Of a DNA stretch of 64,000 bases, positions 41,382-54,530 are shown piece by piece. The translations under genes were made by a program, and so were the position numbers. The notes under the pieces were generated by a model that saw nothing but the letters and a program-made list of their open reading frames with translations, was not told where the DNA came from and did no database searches. Source of the stretch: the human T2T-CHM13v2.0 reference genome, Homo sapiens; the NCBI RefSeq assembly GCF_009914755.1, contig NC_060928.1. One strand, written 5' to 3'. Within the stretch, counting starts at the first letter, position 1, and each line of letters starts with the position of its first letter.

Positions 41382-42269
41382 GAGTTTATTAAGTATTAAC
41401 TTACATGATCACAAGTTCCCACAATCTGCTGTCTGCAAGCTTGAGGAGCAAGGAGAGACAGTCCGAATCTCAAAACTGAAGAACATGGAGTCCAATGTTT
41501 GAGCGCAAGAAGCATCCAGCATGGGAGAAAGATGTAGGCTGGGAGACTAGGCTAGTCTCTCCTTTTCACATTTTTCTGCCTGCTTTATATTTGCTGGCAG
41601 CTGATTAGATTATGCCCACCGGGTTAAGGGTGGGTCTACCTTCCCCAACCTACTGACTCAAATTTTAATCTATTTTGGCAACACCCTCACAGACACACCC
41701 AGGATCCATACTTTGTATCCTTCAATTTAATCAAGTTGATATTCAGTATAACCATCAAGTCTACCCCTTGTCAACTTGAAGCCATACCCATCTCCTGAGA
41801 TCATATATAATCTTCAAATACAGACAAAAATAAGGTCATAGTCATGCCTAACATAATACAACTGTCCTCTGTACAACCGGAAATGCACCAATCCCCAACC
41901 CAAATACTGTTACATAAAGTTAACAATACTTAAATGCTAATATCAAGTCAATAAATCTTATGTCACATGATAAAGGAAAAGGAAATAAAATGAAGATTTT
42001 TTTTTTTAAGTACAAGAGTATCCATGCACAAACATGTTTTTAATGAAAGAAATAGGAAATACTCATGACAATTACGGTCCTCATTTCTGCAGCTGGTGAC
42101 ATCATCGTAGCTGGTATTGATGACTACCTTCTTTTACTACCCATTCTGTATTTCCTTTGGCTTCAGCAAGCACCCCGGCAGGCTGTGGTTTTACTTCCTG
42201 GTGGAGTGACCCAAACCTTCAGTCCTGAGGGATATGGGTTATTTTTAGTCCTGCCTGGATTGGGCTGTT

Positions 42270-42580
42270 GTGTCCCATTGACCTTAAACATAGGGCATGG
42301 TAATACTAAAAGATGCCCTAATGGATCTCTTGTATTTCACACATACACTTCCTTACCTCCATTGTGGAGTAGTAGACTGATTTCATCTTGATAGTCCAGG
42401 TCAATTACCCAGCCAACACTGTAATTCCCTTCTTAGCCTGTTAACTTAAAGGTAGGAGGAGCCCAAATTGCCCAGGTGGCAATCTTAACTTCCAGTTTAA
42501 TGTAATCGTTGTTGTGTCTCCTGAACTAAGACCTCTAGGCAAGCAAAATGTAATGTCGTGGGAACAGGAAGCACAATTTT
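42270..42580 (-). pseudogene. HERV-L dUTPase remnant
   Basis: Minus-strand translation WKLRLPPGQFGLLLPLS...IDLDYQDEISLLLHNGG downstream of integrase; stops and frameshifts. Confidence 0.75.
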
Positions 42581-42599
42581 TGCTAGTGGATCACTAGGG

Positions 42600-45420
42600 G
42601 TGATGTTAAGTGGTGCCACCTCCACTTCCACCCCTTTATTCCTGGACCCATAAATCCTGGCTATGGGAGAAACAGTACCATATATTGGACACTGATTTAG
42701 AGCTTATTCGGCCTTCTGGAGAACTTTTCCCCAGCCGTGCAAAGTATTTCCACTTAGTTGGCATTGTAATTGTGACTTCAAAAGGCCATTCCACCATTCT
42801 ATCAATCCAGCTGCTTCAGGTTGTTGGGGAATATGGTAAGACCAGTGAAATCCATGAGCATGAGCCCCCCTGCCACATGTCTTTAGCCATAAAGTGAGTG
42901 CCTTGGTTAGAGGCAATGCTGTGTGGAATACCATGATGGTGGATAAGGCATTTCATGAGTCCACAGATGGTAGTCCTGGCAGAAGCATTGCTTGCAGGAT
43001 AGACAAACCCATATCCAGAGTGTCTATTCCAGTGAGGACAAACCTGTGCCCTTTCCATGATGGAAGAGGTTGCATATAATGAACCTGCCACCAGGTAGCT
43101 GGCTGATCACCCTGAGGAATGGTGCCATAGCAAGGGCTCAGTGTTGGTCTCTGCTGATGGTAAATTGGGCACTCAGCAGTGGCCGTCGCCAGGTCAGCCT
43201 TGGTGAGTGGAAGTCCATGTTGCAGAGCCCATGCATAACCTCCATCCCTGCCACCATGGCCACTTTGCTCATGAGCCCATTGGGTGATGACAGGAGTGGC
43301 TGGGGAAAGAGGCTGACTGATATCCACAAAACAGGTCATCCTATCCACTTGATTATTAAAATCCTCCTCTGTTGAGCCCATCCGTTGGTGACACTCACGT
43401 GGGATACAGGTATCTTCACAGTTTTTGACCTCTCAGAGAGGTCCATCTACATACCTCTTCCCTAAAGTTCTTTGTCACCAATTTTCCAATCACGCTTCTT
43501 CCAGGTCCCTGATGATCCAGCCAAACCATTGGCTACAGCCCCATGAATCAATATATAATCGCACATCTGGCCATTTCTCCTACCATGCAAAGTGCACAAC
43601 CAGGTGCACTGCTGGAAGTGCGGCCCACTGCGAAGATTTCCCTTCACTGCTGTCCTTCAGGGATGTCCTAGAAAGGGGCTGTAATGCTGCAGCTGCCCAT
43701 TTTCAGGCGGTGCCTACATATCGTGCAGAACAGTCTGTGAACCAGGCCCTAGTTTTGTCTTCCTCTGTCAATTGAGAATAGGGAACTCCCCCTGAGGCCA
43801 TCGGTGCAGGCTGCGGAAGAGAAGGCAGGGTGGTAGGGGTGGAGACTATGGGTATTTGAGTCACTTTCTTATGTAACTTACTTGTGCCTTCAGGACCTGC
43901 TCAAGCCCGATCACATATATACCATTTCCATTTGATGATGGAATGAATGCTGCTGTGCATGACTCACTTTATGACTAGACATGTCAGGAAGCAACCTATT
44001 CATGATAGCCAGTTTAGGTTGCATCATGACTAGATGACCCATGATCAAACGTTCAGTTTCCACCAAAGAGTAGTTATCTGTAGAAGATGGCAGGGTGTTG
44101 CTCCAAAATCCTAGGGGCCTCCACTGTGATTTACCTAAGGGAGCCTGCCAAAGGCTCCAAAGAGCATCCCTATCTGCCACTGACACCTCAAGCACCATTG
44201 GATCTGCTGGGTCATATGGCCCAAGTGACAGAACAACTTGCACAGCAGCCTCAACCTGTCACAGAACCTTCTTCTCTTCTGGACCCCACTCAAAACTGGC
44301 AGCCTTTCAGGTCACTTGATAAATGGGCCAGAGTAACACACCCAAATGAGGAATGTGTTGCCGCCAAAATCCAAATAGGCCCAGTAGGCATAGTGCCTCT
44401 TTCTTGGTTGTAGGAGGGGGCAAATGCAGCAACTTATCCTTCACCTTAGAAGGAATATCTTAACAGGCCCCACACTACTGGACCCCTAGAAATTTTACTA
44501 AGATAGTAGTTCCGTGAATTTTAATCAGATTTATTTCCCATCCTCTGGCACGCAAGTCTCACCAATAACTCCAATGTGTTTGCTACTTCTTGCTCACTGG
44601 ATCCAATCAGCCTAATGTCATCAATGTAATGGACCAGTGTGATATCCTGTGGAAGCAAAAAGTGATCAAGGCTCTCCGAATAAGATTATGACACAAAGCG
44701 GGAGAGATAATATACCCTTGAGGTAGGACAGTAAAGGTATATTGCTGGGCTTGCCAGCTGAAGATAAATTGCTTCTGGTGGGCATTATAGACAGGAATGG
44801 AGAAAAAGGCTTTTGCCAAGTCAATGGCTGCATACGAGGTATCAGAAGATGTGTTAATTTGCACAAGCAATGAAACCATATCTGGTACAAGAGCTGCAAT
44901 TGGAGTTACCACTTGGTTAAGCTTACAATAATCCACTGTCTTTCTCCAAGGTCCATCTGTCTTCTGCACAGGCCAAATGGGAGTGTTGAACAAGGATGTG
45001 GTGGGAATCACCACCCTTGAGTCTTTCGAGTTCTTTGTGGTGGCACTAATCTCTGCAATCCCTCCAGGGATGCAATATTGTTTTTTATTTACTATTTTTC
45101 TAGGTAGAGGCAGCTCTAATGGCTTCTATTTGGCCTTTCCCACCATAATAGCCCTCAGCTTACCAGTCAGGGAGCCAATGTGGGGCTTCTGACTGCTGCT
45201 AAGTATGTCTATGCCAATTATGTATTCTGGCACTGGGGAAAAGACCACAGGATGTGTCCAGGGAATCACTGGGCCTACTGTAAGTTGGACCTGAGTTAAA
45301 ACTCCATTAACCTGACCTCCATAAGCCCTTACTTTGACTGGAGGACCACAAAGATGTTTTGGGTCCTCTGCAATCAACATCAGCTCAGAGCCAGTCTGAT
45401 CAGTCTGAAGTGCCTGATTA
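42600..45420 (-). pseudogene. HERV-L pro-pol remnant (protease, RT, RNase H, integrase), fragmented
   Basis: IIGIDILS (protease); PIWPVQKTDGPWRKTVDY and LPQGY, HYIDD at about 44617-44631 (RT); HEQSGHGG and EAAGLIEWWNGLLK (integrase); spread over several frames. Confidence 0.92.
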
Positions 45421-45499
45421 TTTCTCTTTCCCCATTGCAGTTACCCTGGTAAAAGGCTGGAGGTGTCCTAGAGGAGGATGGAAGAAAGATTCACTGCAT

Positions 45500-47270
45500 A
45501 AATTGTTGGTAATGTAATGGGGTCTTTCCTCAAGGGGACCCGGCCTCCCCTTTATTCAAGGAGTTCTGGATCTATAAAGTGACTCAAGTCTGGAAATTGA
45601 TTGAGAGACCGTGATTCTCAGTTTTAATCATTCAAATTAGTCTTTTGTCCATTTGACCTAGAAGTTTTCTTCTCATATAAATTAAGTAGGAATGTAGTAG
45701 TTTTCCTACCAATTTCATTTCTAGGAACACCGTTATTAATTAGCCAATGCCAGAGCTATACACAAGTCAGACTATTCTGACTGCTACTTTGTCTCTGCTG
45801 TCCATTATACGCCCACCTTGCCTGTGAAGGCTGAGTGCTGCCACTTGGCCTCTGCCACCTCAAGATCTAATTATTCCCACTGTATTTAAATTTTGTAGCT
45901 GAATGATTGTGGTTCCTACTGTTAGATCTGACATACCGAGAAGAGCAATTACCGGGCTCTTTGAAGATGCAGGTGCTACCCTCACAAATCTATTTCACAA
46001 GGCATTGCTCAAGGGTGTATCTTCTGGACTCTCCCAGCTGGGATGAGTAGGTCTAAAGTGACTAATCCTCTCCATCACTGCAATCTCCCTAAGCCTTTGT
46101 ACCCCTTCCTCTACGTTAAACCAAGGGAGATCAGGCATTTCCAGCTCATTCACAGTGGGCCATCTTTTAATCCATATTTCAGCTAACCAAGCCAATAAAC
46201 AATTAGAACCTTTTTTAATGCCCTAAGCTGTACCACTGAAAGCAGGGTCCCTACTGAGTGGACCCAAATCAATAAATTTAGCTTGATACAACTCTGTGGT
46301 CCTTCTGCCATTATCTGATAACCTTAATATGTATTCCTGTGCCTGTTCTCCAGATTGCTGTGTTTATAAATTAGAAAACTCTAGCGGTTCTTTTCAAGTG
46401 TAACACACCTCCTCACAGGTCACACTGTCAACCTCACCTCCAGGGGTCTGCCGGGACTTTAGTTTAGTTACAGGTCTAGAAGCAAACAGGAATGTTGAGA
46501 GTGGCTTCCGAGGAGAATCAACATGAGTTTGCTTGGCAACCACCTCAGGGGAGGCCAGCACTGTTGCCTCAGGCAGTACAGGGTTTATGTCCTCAGACAA
46601 AGGTGGAAAGGCTGATGGTAGCATGGGTCTGGGAGGGGATACTGCCACTACTGGGGATGGGGAAGCTGTTCCTTCTAGCAAAAAGGATTCATCAGAGTTT
46701 ACAAACTCAGTGTCCCCAGTTTCATCAGGGTCCTCCTACACATCCCCAGTCCAAGAACGTAGGGTCCCATTCTTTTCAATCAGTGCCCTCACTTTAACAG
46801 TAGACAGCAGGCAAGGATGTGCATGCACCTTTTGTTGCAGGTCAGCCACTCACATAATAAGAGCTTGTGTCTGTTTTGCCACAACTTCAGCTTTTTCTCT
46901 ACAGGAGATAAGACTCACTGAGGGCAATCTTAGCAGATTTGAGGCTCAGTATCTGCTTCTGAAGCTGGAAGACAGAATCCCTGAGTTCATCATTTTATTT
47001 CATCTCTTTGTCCACTCTACTTAAGAGCACCAACTAGCTTCATTATGTTCCTTAGTTCTCCACATATGGTCAAAGGTATTATGTATAGAGTCACTAAACT
47101 CCTTGCTTCTCACAAGCAGTGAATCAGGAGTGTCAAATGTATTTATTTTGCATAACTCTCTAAATAGTTCATGCCAAAGACTGTCAGTGTTCTCCATACT
47201 ATTAGAAGTAGAGTCCTTAGCATTTTTGCATCTAATCATATTAAGCAGCCAACTCCAGAATCCCCAAAAT
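45500..47270 (-). pseudogene. HERV-L gag remnant
   Basis: ORF pieces NAKDSTSNSMENTDSLWHELFRELCKIN, PRPMLPSAFPPLSE and WIKRWPTVNELEMPDLPWFNVEEG. Confidence 0.85.
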
Positions 47271-47370
47271 TAAAGAACCCCATCCTTAATATTCTGTCCC
47301 TCTGGAACCACTACTGGTACCAAAATCTGTATTAGTCAGCATTCCCTAGAGGGACAGAACTAATAGGAGA

Positions 47371-47584
47371 GATATATATATATCTCCATATATATATATA
47401 TCTCCATATATATATATATATCTCCATATATATATATCTCCATATATATATATATCCATATATATATATATCTCCATATATATATCTCTCTCCATATATA
47501 TATCTCCATATATATATATCTTCATATATATATATATATCTCCATATATATATATATATATCTCCATATATATATATATATATA
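47371..47584. repeat. Variable-unit (TA)n-TCTCCA minisatellite inside the 5' LTR
   Basis: About 10 TCTCCA-like interruptions in a TA run. Confidence 0.95.
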
Positions 47585-47656
47585 GCATCCAGAATGGGAG
47601 AAAGGCTAGGCCAGTCTCACCTTTTCATGTTTTTCTGCCTGCTTTATATTTGCTGG

Positions 47657-47715
47657 CAGCTGATTAGATTGTGCCCACCAGATTAGATTGTGCCCAGCTG
47701 ATTAGATTGTGCCCA
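47657..47715. promoter_or_regulatory. 19-bp unit x3 carrying a DUX4-like motif
   Basis: GATTAGATTGTGCCCA at 47662, 47681 and 47700; single copy in the 3' LTR. The repeat is certain, binding is inferred. Confidence 0.6.
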
Positions 47716-49120
47716 CCAGATTAAGGGTGGGTCTGCCTTCCCCAGCCCACTGACTCAAATGTTAATCTCCTTTGGCAACACCCTCACACACACACACCCA
47801 GGATCAATACTTTGCATCCTTCAATCTAATCAAGTTGACACTCAGTATTAACCATCCCAAGTGTTTTTCCTCATGCTGTTCTCGTGACAGTGAGTGAATT
47901 ATCACCAGATCAGATGGTTTTATAAATAACAGTTTCCCCTGCTCTTCTCTCCCCTGCCACCTTGTGAAGAAGGTGCCTGCTTCTCCTTCACCTTCCACCA
48001 TGATTGTAAGTTTCCTGAGGCTTCCCCAGCCTTGCGGAACTGTGAGTCAATTAAACCTTTTTCATTTATAAATGACCCAGATTCCAACATTGCTTTATAG
48101 CAGTTTGAAAACGGACTAATACAAATGTCCTTCTGTTGAACATAAGATTTTCACAGGACATTATCATATTAGGTCATCCTGTGATTTTTATAGATTAGGC
48201 TAAATAGTTCATTGTCTAAACTATAGAAAATTACCATCAAGTCCTCTATTCTGGCCAATTATGAGTAACTGCTATTTACCAATTACAGCAGTAGCTCTGT
48301 CTCACATTCTTTCTTTCCAAATAAGAAATACAAAGATAAACAATCATAGAATTATTCAAATTCCTGACAACATCCAACACAGTACAAAGCCCCATTTCCT
48401 TGAACTCTCCTCCAAATCGCCTCACCCAAGCCCAAATCCTGTAAAAAGTCATTTGTAACATTGAGAGATACTTTATTATTTTCAGTGGTGTGCTTTCCAC
48501 TGTCTTGTCAACAAATTAATAAATTAACTTTCCTCAACTACAGGTGATTCTAGTGCCTTTGGCTTGAGGGCATTCATTGGCTGTTCTAAGAATTCATATT
48601 AAAAGTGATATAAATTAATCATATTGTACTGTTTGGGAAGAAGTTGTTTGCTATTATATAATAACCTTTGTTCCTTTTATTCATTTTTTTCAGAACTGGA
48701 TTTATGAAAACAAAATAAAGATAGCAGAATTCTATTTCATTTGCTGTAAATTATACAACAAAGCCTTTGATTATGGGTCATCTGGTTCTGTACAGCTACT
48801 AAGCCAATACTATATCCAGAGGGCAAGGATTAACCTCGTTCTTCTTTACAATGCCAATGGACTAGTAAGAACTGAAATGTACTGCCCTGGCAAGTCAGAC
48901 CACGTTTTTCTACCATGGAAAGTTCAGTCTGTTTTCTCCAAAAGCATCCTAGGTGGTGGCCTCTGATTATGCAATAAGTTTAGTAGTTTAGTTGGAATCT
49001 AATTTCTCCAGGCTTTCAGTTCACCTCTGATAGAAAGTTCAGCACTTAACAGAGGTAGGTTATCCTTCTTGTATTTCCAGGATATCGTTAAATGTAAAGT
49101 TCTAATGAAAAACAAAATGC

Positions 49121-49432
<312 letters not shown>

Positions 49433-49693
49433 CTAAATGCTATTAAACTAAATTCCATACCTATATTTCTCTGAGCCTTAAATCAGTCATAAGTCATAAA
49501 GAATAAAAGTTGACATAACAAGGTATTTACATTGATGTAAGGCAGCTAGTTTTTTCTGGTGTTGGACTGAATATAAATTGATTTCATAGCTAGACATCCA
49601 GATAGTTAAAGAAAAGCATAACAATGCAATTGTGTTAATAACACTACTGGTTTAGTCATTTTCAATTCTGTTACATTATATTAGATCTTTAAA

Positions 49694-49700
49694 TATGTAT

Positions 49701-49735
<35 letters not shown>
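49694..49735. repeat. (CA)/(TA)n microsatellite
   Basis: Directly visible. Confidence 0.9.
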
Positions 49736-49738
<3 letters not shown>

Positions 49739-50061
49739 GAACAATCAGTCAGAAGGTGAGTAGATGAATCCTGCTATTTTCTTTGTACCAGAGGTGATAT
49801 GGATCTATAATTCAATAATTTTATAGCTAGTCAGTCCTTATAAGTGTATTTTATTAAGTGTATCTTCTCCTCTAAATGTCAAATTTATTAGATTGTAATG
49901 GAAATAAACTTGTACTTATTAAATAGTCTTTGTACTTTCTTGTACTTTTTGAATAAGAAGTAGGTAGTTAAGAAGTAGTATAAATTCTAGAGAAAAGAGG
50001 TAGAAAAGAAGAAAAAGATACATTCTCTCAGTATACAATAGCAAACACCATTTCTGTATAG

Positions 50062-50198
50062 TAAGCTTGTCCAACCCGCAGGTGGCAGGCTGTATGCAGC
50101 TCAGGACAGCTTTGAATGCAGCCCAACACAAATTCATAAACTTTCTTAAAACATTATGAGATTTTTTTGCATTTTTTTTTGTTTTAGCTCATCAGACA
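50062..50198 (-). mobile_element. MER30 fragment
   Basis: aagcttgtccaacccgc...gcccaacacaaattcataaactttcttaaaacattatgag. Confidence 0.88.
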
Positions 50199-52314
50199 TT
50201 GTAAAATCAAAGGTTAGCATGTTTTCATATCCTAGGATTTAAAAAAGAAGAGGGTCAAAAACATAAATCTGATTAGATGTTGGCACATGATACCAATGAG
50301 GAAAAAAAAAGAGTGGATATGGTATCTTAGAAATCATCAATAAGGCAACTCCTACAGGCCTAAATTCAATAACAGTAGGTAGGAAAAAAATGATGGAGAA
50401 AAAGATGCATAATTTAGGATGAATATAGGAGAGGCACAGATGTCTCAGAATAGTGTCTGGAAATAGAAATCCTAGAATAACCAGAGGTTTGTGAAAAAAG
50501 GTAAAGGCAAGAAAATGGTATGCTTTTTCTTATGTTTGGAGAAAGAAGAAAGAGACATAGCCATTGCTTGGCATAGATGATGTGTAATATGATGGAGGAC
50601 AAAATAAGTTTTTCAAATTTTGGTTTTTTTCATTCTCTCTATCTAAGTAGCACAATCTTGAGTCCAAAAAACTTCAGGTTGAACTTTGAAATAAGGGAAA
50701 ATGTACTGAAAATAAGTAGTTGGTAGCAGTAGCTCCTAGTACTCCTACAGTTAGTGATGAATCCTAAAAAGTCTGTGGAAATGTATTTATCACTTCATGT
50801 GGTACCTTATATTTTAAATATTTTTCCTTAACAATTTAATGCTGGTTGTTTTATCACCCATAGCAAAAATCTATCTGTTTTATAGCTACATTTAGATGCT
50901 TAGTTACACACATTTTTTCCTCTCCTGTAGTTTGGTAATTTCTCAGTAGAGGGATATTACCTGACTTATGACATTAGTTTATTTTTCCATGTCGGAAAAA
51001 CCATTTGCTACTCCACCTTTTATTGTAAATGGTAATTACCTAGTCAATCCACTTTAGGTTTCATATAGATCAGTTTTATAAGCCAGCATAATCCACATAT
51101 ACCCTCTATTAAATAAAAGCAGAGAATGTGAAATATCACATATGGGTTTTAATATATGATAGTCCTTCAGTAAGCTGAATCGAATTTATTTTTATTACTG
51201 TTTTGGTTCCAGTGTATAAACTAAAATTTGGATATTACATATCCAAGTCTAGTCCATCCACTTCATTCCATGCAACACAGATAAATACTTGTAAACCACT
51301 GGCCTCTGCACAGCTTTTTCTTTGAAACAGTCTTGAGTGGGTAGTGAGGAGAGCCAAGAAAGCAAACAGGACTGCAAGAAACAGAGAATGGTTGATTCGC
51401 CTCAGTGCTGACATGCTGGATAAAAAGATGGGTGACCTGAAGTGAGGAATGAGGAGGGGCTATAACCAAGTCAATGAGACAGTTGAGGAGCTTTTTCAGA
51501 ATCCACTACTGAGTAAGTGTTAGGCAGATGCCTGCTACCAACAGGTATTGCCAGAAAAGGAAGGAAGAGCCAGTGAAGGATGTAAGGAGACAGCAAGAGG
51601 AAAAGAGCTTCATGAAGAGGCCAGACCTGCGCGGAGCTTGTGATAGAACTACAATGAAAGTGTATGCGGCCCCAAGTCCAGCTCAGACTATTTTCTAAAG
51701 GAGGGAGAAATGAACTACTTGATGAAACAGATTGATAATTTTTTGTATATGAGGATGAGGGGAATCCAGGAAAGTCTTTATTAAAGCCACTTTGTTTTAA
51801 CCGGACATTGTTCTTCCCGTTGTGGTCCTCTTGAAGCCTGGGCCTTCATCAGTGCATAATACAAAGCATCTCTCATTGTATGGGTGTCAATTAAGCATGC
51901 AATTGGAATCTTAAATCTAGTTTGGCAAGACCAGAAAATTTTAGAAATACAGAAATTCCCAAAGAAGAAAAAGAAACAATTCTCCATGCAGAGATAAGGT
52001 TAGCTATATAATCAGTGCAATTCTTACAGTTTTTTTCTGTGCATTTATATATAATTTTATGTTTTTTACAGCTTGGATAATTAAAGATAATTACCTTCTG
52101 ACTAAATACATTGTGAGCATTTATTGGCCTCAGTCTTTCTCTAAAGCAGGAATGTAATACAATGACTGCATACTATTTCATAAATGAATAATATAATAGT
52201 GATAATCTAACCTAATCTAATAATGATGATGATAATTACAGCAGTGTTAAAAGTGGTAGTTACAATAGTAGAAGGGACAATAGTAATAATAGCAGCAGTT
52301 GGCAAAAAATCTGA

Positions 52315-52710
52315 ATAGATTACATACTTACTACATTTACCATGTGAAAGGTAAATTCTTAAATTACCTTGTGTAGATTATCTTATATAACCCTCTAGTA
52401 ATGTTATAAATAGGTATTATATGTCATTCACTTTATAGATGAGAAACAGACTTTTAGAGGCCAACTAATTTGGAAACTTCAGTGTGTTTATATAAACCAC
52501 ATGTGCAGCTTGTTAAACATATCAATGCCTGACTCCAGCCCAGACCTACTGAATTAGAATTTATGAGGTCAGTTCCAGGCTTCTGTATCCTTAAGAAGCT
52601 CCATGGGTAATTCTCAAACTCTGCTCATTTGGGGAACCACTTTGTCAGTAACTTAGCCAGATTTGCACCTGGTCTGTCTGATGCCAAAGTTTGCATTCTT
52701 AGCGTCTCAC
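52315..52710. mobile_element. MIR interrupted by a MER5-family element (about 52470-52642)
   Basis: tttatagatgagaaacaga core; cagacctactgaattagaat...tttggggaaccact; MIR resumes gtaacttagcc. Confidence 0.65.
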
Positions 52711-52776
52711 AATGTGGATGACCATACCATTTAACCAGCCTTATATTTTGGTACATTTAGATTGTTAATAGGTTTA

Positions 52777-53524
<748 letters not shown>

Positions 53525-53722
53525 ATTATAACTAGTGCTGAGATTAGCAAGCTTGTTTATTAGAATGTTTTCTAATTGTTGCTTAGCATCAATTTCTGTA
53601 ATTAAAAAAAAACCTAAACTAACATAATAAACATTACAATTTAGCTATTTGCCATGGTATCAGATGAGATCTCAGGAGCTCACTACAAATTTTACTTATT
53701 TCAGCCAAACTGAAAATTACAG

Positions 53723-53725
<3 letters not shown>

Positions 53726-53771
<46 letters not shown>

Positions 53772-53785
53772 TGTGTGTTGTGTGT
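53726..53785. repeat. (TG)n microsatellite
   Basis: About 21 perfect units then degenerate. Confidence 0.95.
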
Positions 53786-54334
53786 AATGGGGAGAGATAA
53801 AGGACAAAAAGAGAAAAAGAAAAATTAATTTGGTACAGAGATTTGGCCAAAAACTAGAGTTGGGTCAGTTTTGTACATTTTAATATATTCTGAGTCTTCA
53901 TCCTTAAGTTACCTTTTTTTTTTTACATTTTTAGAAATGAAAACTCAGAACTTTTGAAGATTTATGTTTATTTAACATACTATTTAAGGAAAACAACAAT
54001 TTTAACATTAATGATAAGATGCATGGGAAAACTGAGAGAATAACTAGAAATCAAGTATGTACCTCATTCTTAGATCTTCTGAAAATATAAATGGCAAAGA
54101 TCTGTGGGCCTAATGAGGTAGAGTAGTGTAGTTGTATATACATACACAATAAGGGAAGAGTAATGCAAGGCTATTTTGTTCTTCCACTCAGTGCCTCCCT
54201 TTTACCAAGTGCAAAGACACAGGCGTACACTGGAAGCATATACAGACAAGCAGGCCAGATAGGCAGTAATAGCATTCTCTTAAGGGACAATAAATACTAC
54301 GAGAGTAGAAGGCATTTATTCAATAAGTGCCAAA

Positions 54335-54530
54335 TATGAATCTGAATGTTGTAATGGAAAAAGAGCCTTGGTTACTAACTAGAAAGACCCAGGTTTCACT
54401 CCTGTCTTAAAATGAGTTAGTTACTGTCATAAGAAAAATAATTTAGCTCCATCTGTGTTTTCTGATTTTTAAAGCTAAGGAGTTGAGCTAGATTATTTTG
54501 AGGTTTCATCTAGGTTTAATGTTCTCTGAC
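54335..54530 (+). mobile_element. MIR (MIR3/MIRc-like)
   Basis: gtaatggaaaaagagcc...agaaagacccaggtttc. Confidence 0.6.

Larger units (their letters stand above)
41121..47859 (-). mobile_element. HERV-L provirus with MLT2A LTRs (5' LTR 47328-47859, 3' LTR 41121-41757)
   Basis: Two homologous LTRs, gag-pro-pol-dUTPase order with no env, TSD AGTGT at 41116-41120 and 47860-47864. Confidence 0.96.
41013..48123 (+). mobile_element. MST/THE1D-type solo LTR split by HERV-L (halves 41013-41120 and 47860-48123)
   Basis: Starts tgatatagtttggctctgtgtccccaccc, resumes catgctgttctcgtgacagtgagtg, ends actaataca; TSD AATGT at 41008-41012 and 48124-48128. Confidence 0.93.

Noticed and set aside
41047-41502. 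Repetitive ORFs (SCMEDIYIYI)n and the spaced-repeat look of the 41141 and 47371 arrays
   Set aside because: Minisatellite translations; not CRISPR, since the spacers are plain TA runs, the context is eukaryotic and there are no cas genes
42600-47270. Possibility of an intact or domesticated HERV-L gag/pol gene
   Set aside because: Multiple stops and frameshifts; no minus-strand piece in the ORF track exceeds 142 aa
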